From: Acidobacteriota bacterium
GTDB taxonomy: Bacteria; Acidobacteriota; UBA890; WLXD01
Direction of reading: 5' to 3'
NCBI GenBank assembly: GCA_963666055.2
Contig: CAXWPH010000015.1
Location: forward strand, 512,001 to 576,000
Length of the DNA stretch: 64,000 nt
How positions within the stretch are numbered: the stretch's first letter is position 1; every line of letters starts with the position of its first letter. Below the pieces are notes generated by a model. That model did not search any database, was not told the DNA's origin, and saw only the letters and a list, made by a program, of their open reading frames with translations. Shown in pieces: positions 21,268 through 30,746 of the stretch. A program made the position numbers and the translations under genes.

Positions 21268-21315
21268 CTCAACTGGTTCGACGAGCTGAAGCGGCTCGTC
21301 CCGACGGACCCGTAG
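21268..21315 (+). repeat. Kinase-tail repeat copy C
   Basis: ctcaactggttcgacgagctgaagcggctcgtcccgacggacccgtag. Confidence 0.9.
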
Positions 21316-21450
21316 CGCGCTCAGCCGCCCCTCGCGAGCCACCTAGCGACCTTCGATTCCGCTCGTCCGCAATGCCAGGACAGGCGCCAGTCATATGTCT
21401 GCTTAGGAGCCCCGAGAAGGCCCCGCTACGGGCCGCCGGCAGCCTCTACG

Positions 21451-22563
21451 TCACGCCCCCCAGACCTGTTCGTAGACGCGCAGCCAATTGCCGCCGAGGA
21501 ACTTCTGGATATGCCACTCTGGCCAGCCGCGACGCTCGAGTGCTCGGATCACGTTGGGGAGCTCGCTGATGTTCTCGAAGCCCTTGACGAAGCGCCGCGG
21601 CCCCTCGTCCATGGCGTCCGCTCCAAAGAGCACGCGGTCCCTGATCGGTGACCGTCCCCAGGTGAAGTCGGGGCCGAGCCCGACGTGGTCAACGCCGACC
21701 AGATCGCGAATGTACTCGGCGTGCTCGAGCATCTCATCAACCGTTACCCACGGGCTCTCCGCCAGGTGGGCCATCTCCTTGCCGCGCACGACGTAGTCGT
21801 TGATCGCCACCACACCGATCACGCCCCCCGTCCCAGCGATCGCCTCGATGACCTCGTCGCCGAGGTTGCGGGTGCTGTTTGCGATGCCGCGCACGTTGCC
21901 GTGGCTGCAAATGATGGGGACGCCGGAGGACATCTGGATGGCATCGAGGCTCGTCCGATCGCCGGTGTGGCCGCCGACGTCGAGGACGATCCGCAGCTTA
22001 TGGATCTCCTCGATCAGCTGCCGTCCCGCACGGCTCAACCCGATGTGCCCATCGATGGCGCCGGCACCGAAGGCGTTGGCGATTTGGTAGGCGATGCCGC
22101 AGATGCGCAGCCCCAGCTCGTAGTAACTGCGCAGGTTGGTGCGCGGTGGGTCGCTCCACCAGTCGTTCTCGTCGCTGCGCCCACCGCTCAGCACATTCGC
22201 CGACTGCCACCCAAACAACAGGCCCAGCTTCCCCTGCCGATGCACCTCACGGATCTCGCCGACCGAGCGCACCACCTGAATCCTGTCGCCGTGCTCGTCG
22301 ATGAAGTTGTAGACGTCGGAGAAGCTCTGCCGGGCGCCCCCCACGCTCTTGTGCCAGCAGGTAACCCCACCGGCCTCGAGCATCCCGAGGTATTCCTCCG
22401 TCAGGTTCGAGGGATCGAGGCCGTTGACGACGAGGGTCGATTGAGCCGGCGGCCGCCGCTGGGCGTCGACGCCGGCCTCGGCAGCCCAGGCGGGCGCGCC
22501 GCGACTCAATCCCGTCGTTGCGCCGACCACCGCGGCACCTGTCAAGAAGCCTCGTCGATTCAT
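21451..22563 (-). CDS. Membrane dipeptidase (M19, amidohydrolase fold) with Tat signal
   Basis: MNRRGFL; GLSRAGRQLIEE, LDVGGH, CSHGN..RNLGDE, GVDHVGLGPDF, KFLGGNWLRV. Confidence 0.9.
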   Translation of the reverse strand: MNRRGFLTGAAVVGATTGLSRGAPAWAAEAGVDAQRRPPAQSTLVVNGLDPSNLTEEYLGMLEAGGVTCWHKSVGGARQSFSDVYNFIDEHGDRIQVVRSVGEIREVHRQGKLGLLFGWQSANVLSGGRSDENDWWSDPPRTNLRSYYELGLRICGIAYQIANAFGAGAIDGHIGLSRAGRQLIEEIHKLRIVLDVGGHTGDRTSLDAIQMSSGVPIICSHGNVRGIANSTRNLGDEVIEAIAGTGGVIGVVAINDYVVRGKEMAHLAESPWVTVDEMLEHAEYIRDLVGVDHVGLGPDFTWGRSPIRDRVLFGADAMDEGPRRFVKGFENISELPNVIRALERRGWPEWHIQKFLGGNWLRVYEQVWGA

Positions 22564-22969
22564 AGCGCATGCTCTCCTTCAGTGTTATCCGGCCCCGCCC
22601 TTGCCTATGATGCAGGCTGGGATACAGTCTGCAGCTTGCTCCGGTCTCCGGCGGCCCGTCTCGGACCAGAGTCCCTGGAGTGTCAAGCCGGGATTTGCCA
22701 GATGAGTGGTGTCCGGCCACGCGACCGGCTTCGGCCAATGGCAACAGGCTGATATCCAAGCATAGACCCGCGGTTTGCTCCAGGGATTCAATGCGCAAGT
22801 GATGGCTTCCGCCCATCATGACAATCCCTTGTTGTCCTTGCAGTTACGGGACCTGTGACTACCTGTTTGCATAGAACGCTGGCGTGACTGCTTACGCATC
22901 GGTACCGTTCGGGGAACCTTGTCCGTCATCCCGGCACCCACAGCGGCGGCGAGCAGAGCCGCCGAATCC

Positions 22970-23091
22970 TGGGCGACGGTCAGCAGTTCGTGATGTTCCC
23001 CGACACCGGCCAGAGAAGCCAGACTGACACGGTGTCGCTGATCCTCAACTGGTTCGACGAGCTGAAGCGGCTCGTGCCGACGGACCAGTAG
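22970..23091 (+). repeat. Kinase-tail repeat copy D
   Basis: DGQQFVMFPDTGQRSQTDTVSLILNWFDELKRLVPTDQ*; core 23044-23091 is 46/48 identical to copy C. Confidence 0.9.
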
Positions 23092-23569
23092 TGTCGTCAG
23101 CCGACTCTCCGCGAGTTCCTGCACGCTGCTGCCCCGCTACCTCTCCCGGTGCTCCACTCCAGCCACCTCAGTAGCCTCCAGAAGCAACGCTAGCTGCTGC
23201 TCTGGGATCGCCTTCCGTGTCATGGCGAGATTCACCATCGTCGGCGAGCGTGCGGATGTTGCACTGCCGCAGGGCTGAGGACGTCTCCAGCCAGATGCCG
23301 TCGAGGTGGGCTATCTGGGTGCTGGGGGTGAGCTTTCATGCGCCGGAGGGTAGCTCAGGAAGGCGGTTCGATCTGTAAGACAAGCGCTGGCGAGTGAGCG
23401 ACGACGCGATGGTGTGGCTGCCGGATCGCAAGGTGACGGTGTAATGGCCCGCGCGCGACGGAGCATCCGAGCATGGCGGAGGTCCACTGCTGGGTGACGG
23501 GACAACATGAGCCCCGATGGCCCCACCCCACCGACACGGGCGCCCGATATCAGAGCGCCATTGTCCGCA

Positions 23570-23845
23570 TCACGAGCCCGCGGAATGCTCCCCAGGATCC
23601 ACCTCGACACCTGCCCCACGTGCCGCCGAGTGATCGCCCCAGTTGGCCTGCGAAGCAAACGTATCCGTGTCCAGCGACATACTGGCGTTGCGCTCGAGAT
23701 ATGAGCGCACATCGCTTTCGCGATAGCGCAATTGCCCGCGAACGCGGACAAACGGCAACCGGCCCTCCTTGCGCTCGCGACGGATCGTCCGCGGCGAGAC
23801 CTGGAGCAGCTCTGCGAGCGTCTCGGTGGTGTACAGCTGCTGCAC
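23570..23845 (-). CDS. Excisionase-like HTH DNA-binding protein
   Basis: QQLYTTETLAELLQVSPRTIRRERKEGRLPFVRVRGQLRYRESDV; similar to 10503-10736. Confidence 0.75.
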   Translation of the reverse strand: MQQLYTTETLAELLQVSPRTIRRERKEGRLPFVRVRGQLRYRESDVRSYLERNASMSLDTDTFASQANWGDHSAARGAGVEVDPGEHSAGS

Positions 23846-24299
23846 GGTTGCGTACTCCCATGTTGGCGGAGTTCGGTAGGTGCCGAGACGAATTCGACAC
23901 CCGAGGAGTGTGCAACCGCCGTGCCAAACTCGGGCGCGTGCCCCGCGAGGCGACTGGACGCAGTACGCTTCGCCACCATAACTCACTACAACAAAAGGGG
24001 TTATCGAATACTTCCCGACCCGCTACAAGCCTCTGTCCGGCCAGCTTGGGCCACCCAGGTGCTGGTAGCGTCTCCCCCGTCCGCCCGTGCATTACGCTGA
24101 TCGAAACTGGCCTTTGCACCGTAACCCACTGATATCAAAAGCTTTATCGTCTCACCTACAAAACGTGTAGAAACTCCTACACGCTACGGGGGGATCGTCG
24201 ATGCCAGGTGGGGACGCCACCAGACAGGCGGGTACTCTCGCGAACAAGCATGGCCCACAACGGCCCCCGTCGCGGGGAATCTGAGCGAGATGCTCGCAG

Positions 24300-24408
24300 C
24301 TACCGTCTGCCACCGCACCGACTCGATCGCGAACGGCAATATATTGCTACGGTTATATGTTGCCATTACCACCGACACGCGCGGTGACCGCGGATTAGCC
24401 TGAGCCAT
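24300..24408 (-). pseudogene. 5' fragment of a family 2 glycosyltransferase
   Basis: MAQANPRSPRVSVVMATYNRSNILPFAIESVRWQT, then similarity is lost. Confidence 0.75.
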
Positions 24409-24430
24409 GAGGATCGAGGCGAGTTGGAGC

Positions 24431-24462
24431 AGCTGAAGCGGCTCGTGCCGACGGACCCGTAG
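24431..24462 (+). repeat. Kinase-tail repeat copy E
   Basis: agctgaagcggctcgtgccgacggacccgtag followed by cgtcctcagccg. Confidence 0.85.
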
Positions 24463-24609
24463 CGTCCTCAGCCGGTTGCTGGAGTATCGCTGACATCGTT
24501 CATCGCCAGCTCGGTCCGTGGTCTCTGTAAACAGGCGCTATCGGTCGGTTAGCGAGTCGCTTTCGCCACGTAAGGCGCACGGATAGCCGCCTGCGTGCTT
24601 CGGGGACGG

Positions 24610-24657
24610 ATCTTCGGGTTCGAGGAATCTGACGATGTGCGCTTCATCGCCATGGAG
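24610..24657 (+). pseudogene. Internal 48-bp kinase remnant (IFGFEESDDVRFIAME)
   Basis: 42/48 nt identical to 16256-16303. Confidence 0.8.
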
Positions 24658-24784
24658 TCAGCATCTTTACCTCCAGGGCTGGCGATGGCTCAATGTTTGC
24701 GAGCGTTTCCGTTCGACTACGGAACCACGAGCTTGCCAAGCACACCCCCGTTGAAATCGCCCCGGCGGGCAACGAGGAACAAGT

Positions 24785-25546
24785 ATGTGCCAGCCTTCCA
24801 CCGTCGATGTCATCTACGTCAACCCCGGTATCTTTGCGTTTATGTATTTGTTCGGTCTGCCCGCGATCGTGCACTTTGGCATGCTCGTTGGGCCATGGGG
24901 TGACGGGCTCAACGCGCCGCCCTCCAGCGAAGACATTGGCAGTGTGGCGGCAGGAGTGCTCGCTGATCCCTCTCCTCACATTGGCAAGCGTTACCGTCCG
25001 ACGGGACCGAAGCTCATATCGCCGCACGACGTGGCCGACGTTCTCACCGACGTAGTCGGTCGCAAGGTCAAGTACCAGGACGTGTCCACCAAGATGTTTC
25101 TCAAGGCAGCGAAGGCGCAGGGTGTCTCAGACTTCGAGATCGGCCATATTGGTGCCTACTTCGAGGAGCTTCGTGGTGGCACGTATGCGGTCGGCGCGCC
25201 GACCGATCACGTTCAAGAGGTCTTGGGCAGGCCACCGGAGTCTTTCGAGACGGCTGCTCGACGATACATCGCCCAGCCTGATCTGATCGCACCTGGTCTG
25301 CGCGTAGGCACGAAGCTCGAGGCTCTTGCCTTCATGGTTAAGATGATGCTGACTCGCGCGCCGGATCCGGAGCGCTGGGCGCGGGAGCGCGGTCATCCGA
25401 TATTGCGGGAAGCGCTGCTTGCCCACGACAGTCGTAACTGGCGCGAAGCGGCAGAGCAGAAGGACCTTCTCCTGCTGCCCACTTCCCATGTTCGAGTACA
25501 GCAAGTTTCATACCCGGAAGAACTGATAAAGACAGCTCAATGGTAA
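24785..25546 (+). pseudogene. NmrA-like NAD(P)-binding protein, 5'-truncated
   Basis: NPGIFA...GDGLNAPPSSEDIGSVAAGVLADPSPHIGKRYRPTGP; no N-terminal GxxGxxG motif. Confidence 0.7.
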
Positions 25547-25563
25547 GCAAGGAGACCCCTTCA

Positions 25564-25680
25564 ATGTCCGACCTCGATACCTTGTACGACCGAAATGAGG
25601 AATTCCCCCGCACGTTTGACCAGGGCGATCTCCCCATTTGGCTGAAGGAGATTTCGGACAGCCCCATGCGCTGCCGGTAG
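25564..25680 (+). pseudogene. Short 5' remnant resembling a beta-carbonic anhydrase N-terminus
   Basis: AAGGAG RBS; MSDLDTLYDRNEEFPRTFDQGDLPI, then a stop. Confidence 0.4.
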
Positions 25681-25734
25681 GCGCTTGCTGGGCGCCATCT
25701 TGGGGGACTTGTTAGCGAGTGGTCGAGGTAGCGG

Positions 25735-25840
25735 TCCCTGCTTCGGTCCACGTCGCGAGGATCTCATTGGCCCAACTTTGCCCTCCAACGCCAGCATGCG
25801 GCACAAGCCGCTTCAGCTCGTCGAACCAGTTGAAGATCAG
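25735..25840 (-). repeat. Kinase-tail repeat copy F (inverted) followed by a decayed kinase start
   Basis: Minus strand reads ttcaactggttcgacgagctgaagcggcttgtgccg, then ATGctggcgttggagggcaaagttgggccaatgagatcctcgcg (a decayed GKLGPYEILA). Confidence 0.8.
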
Positions 25841-26119
25841 CGCACCTGACCCATGCGCCTGCACCTGGATGCCCTGCGCGCAACTCCGCGGGGCGGCTAA
25901 CCCACGTCGCGACCTGCAGGCGCTTCCTCGCCGTCCGGCCCACCCTCCTCTAGCGCCGCTCGGTGGAGGGAACCTAAGTGATACCGTGCCGCCGCCCAGG
26001 TCATCTCCCAGCACGTCAGGACGCGCTTGCCGAGCTCCGGCCACGCGCGACCCGTAGTGCTCTCCGGCTCGAAACTAACTGTCGAGCCCGCGGGCCTGAA
26101 AACTGTAACGTAACGAGCA

Positions 26120-28741
26120 ATGCTGTCGCCGGTCTCTCCAGTTTCGTGGAACGGCCTCGCCGTGCGCACGTGCGCGCGTCCACTACTCGTGTGTACGACG
26201 CTCGTGCTGGCGATCGCCCTACCCTCAGCGGCGGAGCCTACCCCCACGGGCAGCGCCCCTACTGACTCCGCGAGCCAGAGCCAGGGCACGCGGGAGCAGG
26301 AACGACGAACCGACCGGCCACCGCGCTCGCGCCGCGTCATCCCGGTGCGCATGGTGAGCGACCGGCCCGGTACGGGCATCGCCGTCAACGTTCAAGCGCC
26401 GAGCGAACTTGCACCGCTGCAGCAGAGGCTGCCGACGCCCCCAGCGCCGGCGCGGCGTGTCATCCCCGTGCGCATGGTGACACCATCGAGACGTGGTTCC
26501 TCGGGCCGTGTGCAGATCGTCGTCGTGCCGCTCGCGCCGCCGGAGCTGTCTGGAACCGCCAACCCGCCGCCGAGAACGCCTGGTGCCGCCGCTACGACCG
26601 AGGTGCCGGCAGCGCCGCGCACCATACGAGCCCCCGGCGTCGCACCCAGCATGGTGGTCGGGCGCGCGCCGGAAGTACCGGTGCTCGACGGGCTGGTGAA
26701 CGAGGCCAGCTGGGATGGCGCCGACGTCGCCAGCGACTTTCTTCAGCGTGAGCCCAACGAGGGACAGCCCGCAACCGAGCGCACCGAGGTGCGCATTCTC
26801 TACGACGACAAGAACGTCTACGTCGGCGTCATCGCCTACGACAGCAACCCGGGCGCCATCCTCGCGACCGAGTTGCGACGCGACGAGCTCGGTGGACGCA
26901 GGGGGGGGTCCGACGACACCTTCACCATCCTGTTCGACACCTTCCACGACGGCCGCAGCGCCTTTCAGTTCACGGTCAACGCACTGGGCACCCGGCACGA
27001 TGCGCTGATCAGGAACGAGAGCGAGCTCAATACCGACTGGGACGAGGCGTGGCGCGCGGCTGCGCAAATCACCGCGCGCGGCTGGGAGGCCGAGCTCGTG
27101 ATCCCGCTATCGATCCTGAGGTTCTCCTCCGGCGTTGCCGACTGGGGAGTCGACTTCGAACGGCAGATCCGGCGCAAGAACGAACAGGCGATATGGAGCA
27201 ATTACCGACGCGATTACGAGTTCATCGCCGTCTCGCAGGCCGGTGACCTGCGCGGCTTTGAGAACCTTTCGGTCACGCAGCGCTTCCGCCTCAAGCCGTA
27301 TTTCCTGGGCGGCGCGACGTCGGTGTTCCAGGACCCCGGACGGCAATCCGACGTCACCAACCAACTCGGCATCGACGTGTTCAAGGTGCAACTGACCTCG
27401 AACCTCACGGCCGATCTCACCTACAAGACCGATTTCGCCCAGGTCGAGCTCGATCAGCAGCGCGTGAACCTGACGCGCTTCTCGCTGTTCTTTCCGGAAA
27501 AGCGCGACTTCTTCCTCGAGGCCGCCAACAACTTCAGCTTCGGCCAGCAGCGCAGCGGCTTCGACACTTCCGACCCGCCTATTCTAAATCTCTTCCACTC
27601 GCGCAACATCGGGCTGTCGGATGACGGCGTGCCGATTCCGATCGACTTTGGCGGTCGGGTGACCGGCAAGGTCGGTGCCGGCAACCTCGGCCTGTTGCAC
27701 GTGCAGACCAGCGACGCAACGATCGGCGGCGGACACAACTACAGCGCGTTTCGCTGGCGACAGGACGTACTGGCCCGTTCCAGCGTCGGAGCCTTGGTGA
27801 CCAACGTCCAGAGGCCCGACGGCGCCATCAACACGGTCGTCGCAGCCGACGCCAACTTCACGTTCTTCGATAACCTCAACATCTCGGCGTTCGGCGCCCG
27901 TGCTACCGACGACGAGCTCGACGAAGGTAAGCTCGCCGGCCAGTTCCGGGTGGGGTGGGAGAGCGACCTGTGGGAGGCCAGCTTCGACGTGATGCGCATC
28001 GACCCCGACTTCCGAAGCGATCTGGGCTTCGTCCTGCGGGAGGACATCATTCGTCGAGCCTACCGGGGCTCGTGGAAGCCTCGACCGAGCGTTCCATGGC
28101 TCCGGCAGGTGAACTTCAACGTCGCCGACACGACCTTCCACGACACATCCGGCACGTTGGTCAGCGGGCAGCGGTGGGTGGCGTCGGTCATCAACCTCGA
28201 GTCTGGGGACAGTTTCGGCACCTTCTTCGTCGATAACTTCGATCGACTGGACCTCCCCTTCCAGATCCATCCAGACGTGACCATCCCGCCCGGGGATTAC
28301 GACTTCCGCTACTTGTTCTTCTTCCTGTCCACGTATGGCGGCCGCGCATTTAGCGCCAGCGTCAGCGGGCGCATCGGTGAGATCTACGACGGCGATGTCG
28401 TCACCATCGAGCCGCGTGTATCGTTCAGGTTCAACGAGCGGTTCCGCATCTCGCCGAGCTTCAGCTACAACCGGGTCGAGCTGCCCGGGGGGAGCTTCAC
28501 GACCAACGTGCTCAATGCCGACGCCAACTACAGCTTTTCTGACCGGTGGCTCACCGACGCTATGGTTCAGTACAACAGTCAGTCGGACTCGCTGTCGATC
28601 TTCGCGCGGCTGCGCTACATCTATCGCGTCGGCGACGACATCTATCTTGTCTATCGCCAAGCGGGTGAATATGACGGCTTCCGGTTCGGCCGCCACGACC
28701 GCTCACTGACTCTGAAGGTCACCCGATCGCTCAACTGGTAG
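26120..28741 (+). CDS. DUF5916-type outer-membrane beta-barrel protein with CBM9-like domain
   Basis: PVLDGLVNEASW, DFLQREPNEG, TEVRILYD, TDFAQVELD..VNLTRFSLFFPEKRDFFLE; terminal W. Confidence 0.88.
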   Translation: MLSPVSPVSWNGLAVRTCARPLLVCTTLVLAIALPSAAEPTPTGSAPTDSASQSQGTREQERRTDRPPRSRRVIPVRMVSDRPGTGIAVNVQAPSELAPLQQRLPTPPAPARRVIPVRMVTPSRRGSSGRVQIVVVPLAPPELSGTANPPPRTPGAAATTEVPAAPRTIRAPGVAPSMVVGRAPEVPVLDGLVNEASWDGADVASDFLQREPNEGQPATERTEVRILYDDKNVYVGVIAYDSNPGAILATELRRDELGGRRGGSDDTFTILFDTFHDGRSAFQFTVNALGTRHDALIRNESELNTDWDEAWRAAAQITARGWEAELVIPLSILRFSSGVADWGVDFERQIRRKNEQAIWSNYRRDYEFIAVSQAGDLRGFENLSVTQRFRLKPYFLGGATSVFQDPGRQSDVTNQLGIDVFKVQLTSNLTADLTYKTDFAQVELDQQRVNLTRFSLFFPEKRDFFLEAANNFSFGQQRSGFDTSDPPILNLFHSRNIGLSDDGVPIPIDFGGRVTGKVGAGNLGLLHVQTSDATIGGGHNYSAFRWRQDVLARSSVGALVTNVQRPDGAINTVVAADANFTFFDNLNISAFGARATDDELDEGKLAGQFRVGWESDLWEASFDVMRIDPDFRSDLGFVLREDIIRRAYRGSWKPRPSVPWLRQVNFNVADTTFHDTSGTLVSGQRWVASVINLESGDSFGTFFVDNFDRLDLPFQIHPDVTIPPGDYDFRYLFFFLSTYGGRAFSASVSGRIGEIYDGDVVTIEPRVSFRFNERFRISPSFSYNRVELPGGSFTTNVLNADANYSFSDRWLTDAMVQYNSQSDSLSIFARLRYIYRVGDDIYLVYRQAGEYDGFRFGRHDRSLTLKVTRSLNW

Positions 28742-28920
28742 TCGGCGATGGCCCCAGTAACGAGCTGAATGGTTCCGCTTTTGGTTCCACATTTCCCCAG
28801 GTAATCGCTGCCGCTAGCAAGAATCACCAACGATCACGGGTCACGGCGGTCACTTCTCGGGCGGTACGTGGTTGGCTCGAGCGGGTCGGTGTCAAACAAC
28901 TTGAACAGGAGCTTGGAATC

Positions 28921-29325
28921 ATGTCCAAACCGAAAGCGAAGCCCGCCAAGATCCACTACGACGCGATTCCGTGGGGGGTCGTAGAGGGTTCGTCTGAGAA
29001 CTTGCGCATTCGGCGGCTGATCACGCGCGGGCGCCAGGGATCGGAACTCATGCTCGGAGTGGCCAGCCTGGACCCCGGCGTAGAAACCGGCTGGTGGTCC
29101 TCCATGCCGGAAGACGAGGCGCGGCCGGGCGAATACTGGATGGGACCCGTCGAGGAAACCTACTATTGCACTCGTGGCCAGCTGACGCTTTTCTGCGATG
29201 AGGGCGAGATCGAGTTTGGCCCCGACGACGCCGTCTACCTTGCCCCCGGTGGGCACTACAAGCTCAAGAACACAGGAGACGAGGCCGCCTTTTTCATTTA
29301 CAACCTGTATCCCCCATCAGAGTAA
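28921..29325 (+). CDS. Cupin domain protein
   Basis: 134 aa; EETYYCTRGQL, GPDDAVYLAPGGHYKLKN. Confidence 0.8.
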   Translation: MSKPKAKPAKIHYDAIPWGVVEGSSENLRIRRLITRGRQGSELMLGVASLDPGVETGWWSSMPEDEARPGEYWMGPVEETYYCTRGQLTLFCDEGEIEFGPDDAVYLAPGGHYKLKNTGDEAAFFIYNLYPPSE

Positions 29326-29502
29326 GCGGCATAGCTCGTTGGGTTATGCCTCTGCGAAGGCGCTCTCCTTGCCGCGTTGTCTCGCCCGCCTATAGAGGCT
29401 CTCCAGCGCCGCGGGAGCTTCGCTGATCTGTTCAACCTGTTCCTTCATCTGCACAGATGGGCTGTTCCGTCTGAGCTCTCAAGTCAGGCTAGGGGGTGGC
29501 TC

Positions 29503-30315
29503 TCAGTAGGCCCGATCGGCGAGGAGCTTCCGCATTACGTCTCTGCGCAGGCCCATTCTGGTCGCGAAGCGACCGCCCGGATGAGGCAGAAGCCAAACGT
29601 GCATCATCTGCGGCCCGCGGTACGAAGGCGTACCGATAGCGCACGTTCCATCGGCGAGGGCTGGAACGTGTGTGGCCCTGCCATTGTTGAAGCACCGCAC
29701 CCTTGACCAGGTATGGAAGTGCCAGAGTGTTAGCGGGCCACCTATCTGCGGTCCTTCATCCTCCGGGCTGTTCATGATGAACATGAAGGCGACCAGTTTC
29801 TTGCCCAGCGCTTCGCCGGAATACATCAAAAACTCGGGGCGCTGCGGATCAAGGACATGCTCATCGTTGACGAAGTTGATGTTTAGGTAGTGCGAGCGAT
29901 CCCCGGGCATGGGCTCGTAGCCGTCCGTTATGGCCTGCTGAAAGTCCAGCCAGCGGTGTGCTTTGGCACTGGCAACAGTCTTTGCCAGCAGCTCATCGGC
30001 AGCCCTTTGCTGCTCGGCGGTTGGCTCTGAGTTCGGGAACCGGTTGAGCTCGTATATCAGCATGCCTGTAGCCGGCGGCTTCATGTCCACTTCGGATTCC
30101 GGAGCGCAGCCAAGCTTCTTTCCATCGCTCTGCCACGTGCAGATCTCGCGTTCGATGCTGAGGCCGGTCGACGGGGTGTCGGCTTGGTCGGCGGCACTTG
30201 CCGAGGCGGCGACCAAAGCGACAAGGGCGGCAGCGCTCGCCAACCGCAAGACAGCGCTTGTTCGCCTTCGGGGCCTTTGCGTTGTTGGAGCTAACTTGAC
30301 TGCGTCTTGAACCAT
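29503..30315 (-). CDS. Secreted hypothetical protein with conserved His/Trp motifs
   Basis: Signal peptide; HYLN, LDPQRPEFLMY, LWHFH, MMHVW. Confidence 0.65.
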   Translation of the reverse strand: MVQDAVKLAPTTQRPRRRTSAVLRLASAAALVALVAASASAADQADTPSTGLSIEREICTWQSDGKKLGCAPESEVDMKPPATGMLIYELNRFPNSEPTAEQQRAADELLAKTVASAKAHRWLDFQQAITDGYEPMPGDRSHYLNINFVNDEHVLDPQRPEFLMYSGEALGKKLVAFMFIMNSPEDEGPQIGGPLTLWHFHTWSRVRCFNNGRATHVPALADGTCAIGTPSYRGPQMMHVWLLPHPGGRFATRMGLRRDVMRKLLADRAY

Positions 30316-30746
30316 GTCTTCGGTCCACCGTTCAGGTCTGATGCCTATTACTAGTCGTATTTCATGGCTCTTGCCGAGCTCATTTGTTTCCTAACCGCGA
30401 TTTCCGAGATTAACCTTGGTACCAACTCTTATCTCAGTAACTCGGTGCTGACAAAGATGAGACGAGAAGGTCAGCCACCCTTGGGGTCGGTTCTGAACCC
30501 CAGGCAAGAACGGCTCGCCTGCGCGAGCGAAGGCAGGCTGGCATGGCCCAGAGTAGCAGAGAGGTGGACCCGAAATTCGGACAGCTTGCCAAGGTGGGAT
30601 CCCGAGGCGCTTCGGGAGGAAGCGACGATGGCGAAGGTGGCATGATCTCACGCTGGGTCGTGATGTCATGATCAAGATATCTTCGCGATCAAGCTGAGCC
30701 CGCGCCGAATTCGTTTCCCCCATTCCGAAGAGAGAGTGAGGCCTGG

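Noticed and set aside
9382-24190. Intact prophage or ICE
   Set aside because: No structural, packaging, replication or conjugation genes.
18622-24462. Kinase-tail repeats as a CRISPR array
   Set aside because: Spacing is kilobases and irregular, the repeats encode a protein terminus, and there are no cas genes.
9382-26060. Classical integron
   Set aside because: The integrase looks phage-type with an Xis and shows no evident IntI-specific insertion; the repeats lack attC RYYYAAC...GTTRRRY ends.
10860-26060. Diversity-generating retroelement or retron behind the repeats
   Set aside because: No reverse transcriptase in the window, and differences between copies are not adenine-specific.
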